DNA from: Azolla caroliniana
Lineage: Eukaryota; Plantae; Polypodiophyta
NCBI GenBank assembly: GCA_043228905.1
Contig: JBHGNT010000017.1
Location: forward strand, 8,804,001 to 8,868,000
DNA: 64,000 nucleotides
Reading direction: 5' to 3'
Shown here: positions 12,653 through 24,001 of the stretch, piece after piece
Position numbering within the stretch: position 1 is the stretch's first letter
Layout: the number at the start of each line of letters is the position of its first letter
Notes under the pieces: generated by a model
The model's input: only the letters and a program-made list of their open reading frames with translations
Database searches by the model: none
Told to the model about the DNA's origin: nothing
Position numbers and translations under genes: made by a program

Positions 12653-13974
12653 CCAGTTGTCCGCATTGCCAGCGTAGTCAGAGTCTATATAGCCTTCGAC
12701 TTTGGTTGGATTTCTTGATCCGAAAGTCAGCTGTGCATCTTCGGTTCCTAGCAGATACTTGAAGATGTTCTTGACAACCTCCTAATTCTTCCATCTTGGG
12801 TTGTACATGTACTAGCTGACAACCCCTATGGCATATGCAAGGTTAGGTCGGGTCGCCACCATTGTGTACATGATACTTCCTACGGCCAATGCGTAGGGTA
12901 CCTTTCCATTGAGCTTTCTCTCCTTGTTAGTCGAAGGAGAGTCCATGTCTGTTAGTTGTGTTGACGTTGGGGGCAGAGTTGGTGCTATCAAATTGCGTGC
13001 GGAAGCAATATAAAAAACTAAACAACAGAAAACGCAGGTTTAATGGAAAGCTTAGGTTTGCACAGTACACACGGGAGAGACACAGAGAGAGGGTAAACAC
13101 AAGAATCAAATTCAAAAATAATACTCAATCTGGACATAGGATGTGCTCAGTGAGAACTTTTATACAAGCCTTGAGAATCGGGCTGACACAAGTACTGACA
13201 GTACTTGACTGCTCATAAATGAACCTCGACTCTTACTCCCAAAACTATTCCTTAGAAGGAATATCTTTGTAATGGCCTTTCGGTTTACGCACTGATACAA
13301 CCTTCCTACGCACTGGTTTGCGTACCGGTTTACGCATCCGTTTTACACATCGGTCCGGCCTAACCGATCGGTCCCAACCGATCCGGTCCTCGGCTTGCTC
13401 AGCCGATCCAGCCGATGTTGAGCTTGTCTCTCAACACTCCCCCTCAAGCTCAACTTGAGGTTCCACTTGCTCCGCCGGATCTACGCTCTGGCTTCTCCTG
13501 GCTCCACGCCTCGCTCGCGCTCCTCGGCCTGTTCGACTCCGCGCGCTTCGACCCTTCCGGTCGGCTTGTCTGCTCCCACGGCCGTTCACAGCTCCCTTGC
13601 TGTCGCGGTGTTGGCACTTCTCCTACTGCCTTCTTTTCCGGTTGGCCCTCGGTTGGTTCAGTGTATCTGAATCAAACATCCGAACCGACTCAGCTACCTC
13701 CGATCGGTTTTCACTCTCGTCCGAGTTGGATGTCTCCAACTCGTCTTCGGTCTTCTTGCCCTTGACGGCGTCATCTCCCCCATGCTTGGTTGGCTTTGGC
13801 TCCTTCTTCCGTTTGCTCCCCTTATGTCCTCTTTTAGACTCTTCCGCGGATCCGCCTTCGGCTTCTTCAGCCGATCCGAAGTCGAATTCGTCATCCGACT
13901 CGGCGCTACGGTCTTTTCCGCTCCTTTCCTGCTCCCTTCTGTGGTCATCTGGGACGTCTCTCCCCCTCAAGTTC

Positions 13975-16900
13975 GGCAAGTCGAGGTGACGCAACCCAAG
14001 CGCACCCGAGAATTGCCGCAACTTGTCTAGACCAAGAGGCTTGGTGAAGATGTCGGCGGTCTACCGATCCGTCGGAACATACTGAAGTTCGACTTCACCA
14101 GAAAGGACACGCTCACGGACAAAATGGTAGTGCACCTCAATGTGCTTGGTCTGTGCATGGAAGACTGGGTTCTTCGCAAGCTGGATGCTGTTGAGGTTGT
14201 CGCAGTAGATCGTCGTTGGATCGGACACCTCCACATGCAGATCCTTAAGTAGCCGCTTCAACCATATGGCTTCGCATGTCGCGACAACCGCTCCTCTGTA
14301 CACGGCTTCGGTGCTCGACAGTGCAACTGTCGGCTACTTCTTCCTACTCCACGTTATCGTGGCACTCCCAAGAGAGAACGCGTATCCGGACGTGGATCGG
14401 CGATTGGTGGCGTTGCCAGCCCAATCAACATCGGTGTTGCCGACCAACTGCGGGGCTAGACCGGTTCGAAATAGCAGTCCCTGGTCCTTAGTGCTGCTTA
14501 CGCACCATAGTACGCGTTGCGCACACTGAAGGTGCTCCTCGGTAGGTCGCGCCATAAACTGACTGATCACCCCGACCGGATAACTGAGATCGGGTTGGGT
14601 GATTGTCAAGTAAATAAGGCTTCTGACAATTTGTCGGAACCTCGTCGGGTCGCACACCTTTCCGGAATTGGGGCGAAGCTTGACGGTTCTATCAAGAGGA
14701 GTCGAGACGGACTTACAGTCTGCCATCCCAAATTTGAAGAGCATATTCAACGCGTAATGACGTTGGCTGATCAGTATGCCTTCGGGGGTGTGGATCACTT
14801 CGATCCCGAGGAAGTAATGAAGGTCCCCCAGATTCTTCATGTCGAACGATGCCGCAAGCTGGAGCTTCACGCGGTCAATTTCACCTAGTTCGGCGCCAGT
14901 GATGACCAAGTCATTAACATATAGTAAAATACTAACCGACTTGAGTCAACCTTTCCAGATGAACAGTGAGGAATCCGATTTTGACGTCGCAAAGCCCATC
15001 CGACGCAGACGATGCGTGATCTTCGTGTTCCAAGCACGCGGGGCTTGCTTCAAGCCGTAAAGGGACTTCTTCAATCGGCACACTGCCGACCTGTTCGTTC
15101 CGGACTGGAATCCGGGGGGTTGTACCATGTACACTTGTTCCTCAAGCTCACCTTGCAGGAACGCATTCTTTACATCCATCTGATGTAAGTGCCACCCCTT
15201 GCCCGCGGCTACCGCGAGCAAAACACGGACGATCGTCATCTTCGCAACCGGCACAAACGTCTCATCGTAGTCGATGTCGTGTTTCTGCGCGTAGCCTTTC
15301 GCCACTAACCGGGCCTTGTATCGGTTGACCGAGCCATCTGTGTTGTACTTGACCTTGTACACCTACCTACATCCGATTGGCTTCACATCCTTCGGTGCAT
15401 CAACCAGGTCCCAGGTCTCATTTTACGCTAGTGCGTGCATCTCTTCCTCCATTGCGGCATGCCAGTTCGCGTCCTTAGCCGCTTCTGCGTAGCTCTCCGG
15501 CTCACGCACTTCCGCTACACGGGTCATGTACGCATAGTGATGTGCCATGTACTCGTTGTATCCGAACCGCACAACTGGGTTCTTCTGGCGGGTAGATCGA
15601 CGTAATCGGTCATTAGCAGATGTCGAGGTCTTCCCGGCCGATGCGGACTTCGCTCCATCACGACTCCCCTCGGAGTCAGACTCGCGTCGTTCCGACTCGT
15701 TCCTATATGTGCCGTAATCCGACACCTTCTTCTTCCCTTTTTCTTTGCGTGTAAGCCGTCTCCTTGGCTTCCTGCGCGGGGAATGCACAGCCGAGTCTCC
15801 ACTACTCGCCGGCTCTTCACCGGACTGGTTGTACCAACTCAGTCATTCATTTGGTCCACTTAACCGAAATGAAATCGAACTCTCTTCGTGGGTCCCGATT
15901 TCAGGCTCATCCATAGGCAACTCAGCCTTGCTGACCTCATCGTCAGAACTCGGATTGGAGGTGAGGTCCGGAGTCGGAGGCAAGTACCAGGACGCGAACT
16001 CATCAAACACAATGTCGCGGCTCACGCGCACTTGTTTGGTACGCGGGTTATAGCACTTATAACCCTTCTGCTCGTCCGAATAGCCGACCAAGATACACTT
16101 CTCGCCTTTCGCGTCCAACTTCCTCCTTTTCTCCTTCGGCACATGCACATACGCAATGCTACCGAAAACTCGTAAGTGTCGCAAGTTCGGCTTCGTTCCG
16201 AAATATAGCTCGTGCGCCGACACTTTATCTCCAATCCGATTCTGGATGTATACTGCGGTCCTTACTGCCTCGGCCCAATAGAACTTGGGCAAGCTCTTCT
16301 CTTCCAGCATTGCCCGTGGTGCTTCCACAACCGACCAATTTTTCCTCTCGGCCACACCGTTTTGTTCCGGCGTGTATCTACAACTAAATTCACGCCGAAT
16401 TCCCATCTGTTGTAAATAACCGTTGAAATGACTTGAAAAATATTCTTTTCCGCCATCCGACCGTAGGCACTTGATCTTTCTTCCTGTTTCCGTTTCCACG
16501 AACCCTTTGAGGTCCCGGAAACAGTCGAAGACTTCGCTCTTCCTCTCGATGAGGTAGATCCATGTGTGCCGCGTGTAGTCGTCGATGAAGGAGACGAAAT
16601 ATCGGCTCCCGCCAATACTAACGTTTTGTGCCGGCCTCCACACATCGGAGTGTGTCAAGTCGAGTTTGTTCCGGCTCCGGTTACGCTCGTTGGGGAAGGG
16701 AAGTCGGTGTTGCTTCCCACGTTGGCAGGCTTCACAAATTTGTTCCTTCCGACCACTAAATTTGGGCAATCCGAACACCACTTGTTTCGATTGTAGGTCT
16801 TGAAGCCGCTAGTAGTTCACGTGGCTTATCCGCTTGTGCCATAAGTCAATGTCCGACTCGACTTTTTGTCCCTTTGCGAACATTGTGGTGCCACCGTCAC

Positions 16901-17326
16901 TAGAGTCAAGGATAAACATCCTCCCATCTCTGCGCCCTTGCGCAATAACACGGCCTTCTTCCTCATTGAAGCACTCGAGATGCGTAAACCAAACTTGCAT
17001 CCCTTGGTCGACGATCTACCCGACCGACACCAGGTTCTTTGTGATTGTCGGGACGTGTAACACGTTCATGAGTTTCCCGTTCTGCCCGACATGGCTCAAG
17101 GAAACTTCACCGACATTCGCAATTGGATGTGGAGTGTCGTCTCCGGTTGCGACTACTCCTGGTTGCGTCGGTTTCTCAAGGTATGAGAACCACTCCTCAT
17201 GGCACGTCATGTTGTTTGACGCGCCGGAGTCAACGTACCACACCTCCTCCGACTTTGAGGTGATCTTGTTCATTGAGTTTGATTCGTGTCTCGTCACGAA
17301 GACTGACCCTTTTCCGGCTTTTCCGG
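13975..17326 (-). pseudogene. pol: Copia pol (protease, GAG-pre-integrase, integrase, RT, RNase H)
   Basis: WYVDSGASNNM, LWHKRISH, CEACQRGK…FIDDYTR…LRSDGGKEY…[45 protein letters not shown]…TKHIEVHYHFVRE. Several stops and frameshifts. Confidence 0.95.
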
Positions 17327-18270
17327 TGTCATGAAGAATTTCGGCCAGAGGCGGAAACCGGGAAACATTGGCTACATCGCCGGGGTGCAGCATGTGTGCT
17401 CACCCTTGTACATTTAGTGTGAATAACGAGGGCGCCTTTATGGCGCCGAAGAGTAGTCAAGTCGGGACAGACGATCCCATATAAGTCGGGATTTATCCCA
17501 CATTGTAACGCATCCCTCTCCTTGTTCTATAAAAGGAAGGGAGCGGCCTTTGTGAAAGGGGTTGCCTATTTTGAGTGTGCGAGGTATACCACATAGGTCG
17601 AGCGTTAGGGTTAGGTTTTCTTTATCTTTATCTTCATCTTCGTCGGTTAGGGTTTTGAGTAGTCGTTTGGTGCGGCCTATGCGGCCACCATTTTGTAATC
17701 GTTCATTTCGTTTTAATACATCTCGTTGATCATCTTGCCTCCATCTTCCTCTTGTTCGACCTAATCTCTTGTTCATTCTTCTTCTTCTTGAGCAAAGCTT
17801 CCATTCCGTGTCCGATTCCTTCTCCTCTACTCCTTAGTCCAAGACCCCCGTGGTCCCGCCCTGCTCCACGCACGCACGTGCGTAGCAACGCGGCACCGGA
17901 TCCTTCAGCGCAGTTCGATCGCTGCCGGTTTCCTTTGTCGGTATGTCCGGAACCGGTCCTCTCCGAATCGGCACGCTTTTTCCAGCACTCCCTCTCCCTG
18001 TGGCCTTTCTTTCCATAGTACCAACATTTTCCTTGCCGGTTCTCGTCGCCTCGATTCCCTCTATTTCCGGAGGGTCTTGCCTCCATCTTCCTCTTGTTTG
18101 ACCTAATCTCTTGTTCATTCTTCTTCTTCTTGAGCAAAGCTTCCATTCCGTGTCCGATTCCTTCTCCTCTACTCCTTAGTCCAAGACCCCCGTGGTCCCG
18201 CCCTTCTCCACGCACGCGTGTAGCAACGCGACATATTTGGTGAACCCGATGTGAAAGGCGGCAAAGGAGG

Positions 18271-19554
18271 ATGGAGTCGGAAGACAACGACCTCGTGGCG
18301 ATGGTGGCCGAAGTGGTGTTGGAGTCGGCACGAGTGGTGATGAGGCGAGAAGCAGCGCAACAAGCGGTTGAGCGAGTGGTCGAAAGAGTCGGCCGTTTCA
18401 ATGGGGACAAAGTCCCATCTTACTTGGAAGCCTACAACGCGGAAATGGAGGAGCGTGGCGTAGACGAGGCGTTGAGGCTGAGGTTCTTCTGTCGGGTTGT
18501 AGCTGTCCAGATGCATGCGGAAGTAAAGGAGCTCCATGAGGCTCATAGTTCGTGGGAGGCCCTCGAAGAGGCGCTCCTGAAGGAATACGGAGGACGGCGG
18601 AAGAGCCGGGGACGACACGACTTCGACCAGTGGGTAGCATCGGCAAAGACCCACCGGAGTGTGACCAAGGCGTTTTGAGAGTTTGAGCGACAGCTTGCTC
18701 GGCTCCCAGAGCGGGAACAAGGTTTGGTGGGGGCGGACAAGGTCCTATTGTTCGTCAGGTCGATCGACCGAGCGGAACGGGAGGCCATCGGGATTGAGCT
18801 CGAAGACGATGACGGAGCAAATGGGCTTACGGAGGACTGGTCGAAGGTTGGAAGGGTGTGCCAACGGCTAGACGATGAACGAGCCGAGAAGGCTAAGAGG
18901 AAGGCGCGCGACGGCGTGCCATCACAACGGGAAGAGGCCGAACGGAAGAGGGAGTTGGCAAGGGTCGGCGTTGAGGCCCGAATTGCAGAGACGTACGCGG
19001 CTCTCGAGGCGATGCTCGAGGAAGAGGAAAGACCGAGGCCGCAAACCGAGACTGAGGAGACGGACTTGGCCCACGTGACGGTGGAAGATCGGTACGACGG
19101 TACCACGGGAGAGGGTGCGGAACAAAACGCCCTCTCGACTTGCGGAGATAGAACGGCCAAGGACGAGGCCGAGGTACAGATCACGGAAACGAATCGTTGG
19201 GATCAGCGGTTTCGGGCGTATCGGCCCGAAACCCCAGAAATCGGAGCTTGCGTGATCGGTAAGAAGACGACCGCCGACCACGAAGAGTCGGTGGCTACGG
19301 ACAAGGGCATAAAACGGACGGGCGATTCTTTGTGTCTTCCCACACTTGCTCTCGAGACGATGGCAGTCGGGCCCGAGTGCCCACGTGAGTCCCAAGTGGA
19401 GGAAGGCGGTGGCGAAAGACTGAGAATCACCGACGAGATGATACGGGGAAGGAGCGGAGAAAAGCCCACGGACCCGATTCCGGAGAACTCGACATTCGGG
19501 CCCGTATGCCCATGTAAGACCGAGGAGATGGATGGCGGTACTGAGGAGTCCTGA
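18271..19554 (+). pseudogene. gag: gag-like ORF with one in-frame stop (18676-18678)
   Basis: VGRFNGDKVPSYLEAYNAEM…DKVLLFVRSID…GLTEDWSKV is homologous to 26746..27549 (NGKLNGKDVSRYMRDY…DKVIMFLRAVD…GLTETWESV). Confidence 0.85.
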
Positions 19555-19979
19555 CACGATGCCAACGAAGATGGATGGGAGATGGCCAGTGAAAGGGGCG
19601 ACGAGGAGACCAAGGAACGACCCGACCGGGGACTGAACCACGCGACGCTCCGGTACGGGTGGAGCGTGATCCGGTCGTGGATTGTTCGATCAGGGCCAGA
19701 ATCGGCATGAAGGTGCCGATACGGGAGAGGGTGCGGGACGAGCCGCCCTCTTTTACATGGGGAGAAAGACTGACCGGGCGATGGTCGAGAATTGGTAGGA
19801 AGGTGATCAAAGGTTCAGAACGAGTCTGGCAAGGTCGGCATCGGAGCCGAAACTCCGGACATTGGAGAATCAAGCTCAGGTGGGGCTTGATTGATCACAG
19901 AGCGGATGCTATCCACCGACACCACTAAAAGGGGCGGTGGTCCGGACGAGTCACCGAAAGACGTTGCAAAAATCGGTTA

Positions 19980-21780
19980 CCCCACGTCCTATCCGGAGAC
20001 TTCGGCAGTTCGGCCGACGTGGCAACGTGAGACTGAAAGAGATGGAGGATGGAGGCGAGAATGCGAAGAGGAGGGAAACAACGAGTTTGGGAGAAGTACA
20101 AGTGATGAAAAGGAGAACGAAGTCCGGTCCTACAGGATCCCCACACAAGTCCGAAGGCCCCGGCAGTTCGGCCAACGTGGCAACGTGAGACCTAGGGAGA
20201 AGGCTGGTGGCGACAGGAGAACGGGACCCGGCAATCCGGAGAAGGACGGACGGACCCGGACGAGAACCGGGCGGAGTGGACTCCCGGATGACCATTCCGG
20301 GAGGGAGGAAGAGAGCCGGCCTACGAAGAGGCCGAGGAGACGGTACGTCGGTACCATGGGAGAGGGTGCGGAGTAAACTGCCCTCTCGGCATGCGGAAAA
20401 GGATGACCCGGGACAGGGTCAGTAAGACAAATCGGAGGCCCAAGGAGGATCCTTCACACCGGTTCTAGAGACTTCGGTAGTCGGCAATGCGGTCGACGTA
20501 AGACCAAGATACTGACGGTGGTGGCGAGGTGACGAAGGCAAAGGGCTACGGATGGGCGGTCTACGGAGATCCTCACACCGATCCGGCGGTCGGCCCGAGA
20601 GTTGGCGTGAGTCCTATAGGAAAGGACGGTAGCGGCAGGTGAACGTGACCAACAGAAGAGGATGGCGAAGGTAGAACGGTGCAGCTGTGACCTTACACAC
20701 ACCGATTCTAGAGACTTCGGCAGCCAACGGCAATAGGAGGCGTGAGACCTAGAGTAAGGGACGATGGCGGCGGTAAGGCGGGCAACCGAAGCCAGAAGGG
20801 GAGGTCCCACGAAGATCCTCACACCGATCCGGCTGTCGGCCCGAGTGCCGGCGTGAGTCCTATAGGAGAGGACGGTGGCGGCAGGTGAACGTGACCAGAC
20901 GACGGAAGCAGAGAAAGAAGGTATCAGGCCGGCGGGGCGGCTACGAACCAAATCGGACCTTCCGACAAAGTCAGTGGGCGAAAGGAAGTCCGGTCCTACA
21001 GGATCCCCACACTTAACCAGAGACTCCGGCAGTTCGGCCAACGTGGCAACATGAGACCGAGAGAGAAGGTTGGTGGCGGCGGGAAACGAGACCCGACTAC
21101 GCGGAAGACACGAGGAGAGTCCGGGAGGGACTCAAACAAAAGACACCCGGATCTCGGCAAGCGACGAAATGAAGATCGGTCCTATGGGACCCTCACACTG
21201 ATCCGGAGACCCTGGAAGTTCGGCCAACGTGGCAACGTGAGACCTAGGGTGAAGGACAGTGGCGGCGGGAAACGAGACCCGACTACGCGGAAGACACGAG
21301 GAGAGTCCGGGAGGGACTCAAACAAAAGACACCCGGATCTCGGTAAGCGACGAAACGAAGACCGGTCCTATGGGACCCTCACACTGATCCAGAGACCCCG
21401 GCAGTTCGGCCAACGTGGCAACGTGAGACCTAGGGAGAAGGACGGTGGCGGCAGGGAACGAGACCCAACAACACGAGGAGGTGTGTCGGGCCGGAAAGGC
21501 ACACCTGGGACGGAATAAGAGTCTCGCAAGTGGCCATCGCGGGCCGGATCAAAGCGTGACTATGGGACAGTGTTCGGCACGGGCGGTGCCGAACGAAGGA
21601 AGCGAAAGACGGCACAAGGGAGGTGCCGGGAACGAGGTGACAAGTGCCTAGTGGACTGCACAGTGTCAGAGTCAAGGGATTGTAAGAGAGGCCGGAGAAG
21701 GATCCTCCACACTCGCTTCGTAGATCTCGGTAGCTCCGTCGAAGTAGCGAAGACTGACACGGCAAGCCGGGGTGACAAGC
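19980..21780. repeat. Internal repeat region with a 186-bp tandem core (units at 21031, 21217, 21403)
   Basis: Repeated agttcggccaacgtggcaacgtgagacct…gatcctcacac motifs; the unit is 62 codons. Confidence 0.85.
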
Positions 21781-23110
21781 TGGTGGGGGCGAGGGGACGA
21801 CGGCAAGCGGAAGACTCAGGACATGTTGCAGTAGCACGAAGATGGGAAGGGCCAAGCGGGCTACTACGGGGTGTTCCTCGGATGCAGAGAACACCAGTAT
21901 GCGGGTGAGCGGCGATGCACGATCTGGCCGGGAAAGGGGCCGACAAGGCGTGCAATGAACTAGAGTATGGCACAAGCGGTGCCAAACAACGGACGAGGGT
22001 ATGTGGCGCACGGAGGAGGCTGGAGCGGAAAGGCGAGCGCGGAGATAGGTTGCGCGGTTCGGAGGTAGCGTGTAGAAGGCCAGAAAGGGATCTTCCACAC
22101 TATTCCGGAGACCATGGCGGTTCGAGCTGATGCGGCGATGTAAGACCATGGAGAAGGAAGGTGGTGGCGAGAGGACGAAGGCAACGCGAAACAACATGAG
22201 ACGGCAATCAGGACATCACGAATGGTCAACGGAGGCCAAGCGGGCCACTACGGGCGTGCCTCAAGCGGAGGACATCGGGCATACGACGGGAAGCGGGGCG
22301 TTCATATGGCCGAACAAGGGCCCGCGGAAGTACGCGTACTACGGAGATCGTGGCAGAGGACCCATCGACGGGTCGAACGAGCCTACGGGGAGGTAAGCGC
22401 GAAGGAAGAACCGAAGCCGATGGATCAAACCGGTAGCGAGCCGGGATGCGGATTACGGAAGACCTGTTTCTCACCGGCCGAAAAATCTCTCACCCTTCAC
22501 CGGATTTGGCACGTACCGGTTGACGTGCGGTTAAGTGGGGGCGGATGTCATGAAGAATTTCGGCCAGAGGCGGAAACTGGGAAACATTGGCTACATCGGC
22601 GGGGTGCAACATGTGTGCTCACCCTTGTCCATTTAGTGTGAATAATGAGGGTGCCTTTATGGTGCCGAAGAGTAGTCAAGTCGGGACAGACGATCCCATA
22701 TAAGTCGGGATTTATCCCACATTGTAACGCATCCCTCTCCTTGTTCTATAAAAGGAAGGGAGCGGCCTTTGTGAAAGGGGTTGCCTATTTTGAGTGTGCG
22801 AGGTATACCACATAGGTCGAGCGTTAGGGTTAGGGTTTCTTTATCTTTATCTTCATCTTCGTCGGTTAGGGTTTTGAGTAGTCGTTTGGTGCGGCCTATG
22901 CGGCCACCATTTTGTAATCGTTCATTTCGTTTTAATACATCTCGTTGATCATCTTGCCTCCATCTTCCTCTTGTTCGACCTAATCTTTTGTTCATTCTTC
23001 TTCTTATTGAGCAAAGCTTCCATTCCGTGTCCGATTCCTTCTCCTCTACTCCTTAGTCCAGGACCCCCGTGGTCCCGCCCTGCTCCACGCACGCGCGTAG
23101 CAACGCGACA

Positions 23111-24001
23111 CCGGATCCTTCGGCGCAGTTCGATCACTGCCGGTTTCCTTTGTCGGTATGTCCGGAACCGGTCCTCTCCGAATTGGCACGCTTTTTCCAA
23201 CACTCCCTCTCCTTGTGGCCTTTCTTTCCATAGTACCAACATTTTCCTTGCCGGTTCTTGTCGCCTCGACTCCCTCTGTTTCCGGAGGGTCTGGAATTAC
23301 TGTCGGCATCACTTCAGTGCCTTCTTCCTTGATCCCGTCGGCCGCCTCCATTGCTTACCGACTTGCCTCGTCCGCCACGACCACGGGGCCTATCTCCCTC
23401 CGTGTACAACATCTTGCTGTCGGCATGCGTGCTTATCGTCGCACCCGCGTGGTTCTCCTCTAGAAGGAGCATCGACTGTAAGTAAAAAACGACGACGTAT
23501 TCTCCCGTGTACACACAGCAGTTCGGAACACTCCGAACATTGATGCCAAACCTGGACCATCTCGCTTTCGTCGATGTTCACATCGATGGAAGCTAAGGAG
23601 TCACATATGTCCTTGATCTTCGAGGTATAGTCAGCCACCGACAAATCGCGTTGTCGTAGGTTGCTCAGCTCCTGTCGGAGCTAAAACTTCCTAGCTATGG
23701 TGCTCGCGGCGAAGATCTTCTTCAGATTTTCCCACGCACCCTTCGGCGTTTTAGCATCCGGAACGTAGCTTAATAGCTGTTCGCCCACACAAGACATGAA
23801 GCAGTACAGTACTCTGCTCGCCGACTGTTCCCAAGTCAAGAAGTCTTTGTGTGTCGACTCAGGTGTTGTGTCATTTGCTCCGTCAACATAGCTCCAGTAA
23901 CCGTGTCCGAGCAGGTACTGGTGCATCTTGTAAGACCAAGATGCGTAGTTGTTTCTATCGAACTTCTCTGTCGGAAGCGAGCTAACCATGCCTCTATCCA
24001 T
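23111..24001 (-). pseudogene. gag: Copia gag (UBN2-type, zinc knuckle)
   Basis: EKFDRNNYASWSYKMHQYLLGHGYW…AWENLKKIF and SVADYTSKIKDICDSLASI; a knuckle-like segment lies near 23200. Confidence 0.88.

Larger units (their letters stand above)
17327..23110 (+). mobile_element. Gag-only (pol-less) LTR element of the Trp-PBS Gypsy family, nested in Copia gag
   Basis: LTRs start TGTCATGAAG at 17327 and 22546 and end GCGACA at 18233 and 23110. PBS TGGTGAACCCGATGTGA at 18238-18254. PPT AAGTGGGGGCGGA at 22533-22545. 4-bp TSD CCGG. No RT or integrase motifs. Confidence 0.92.
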
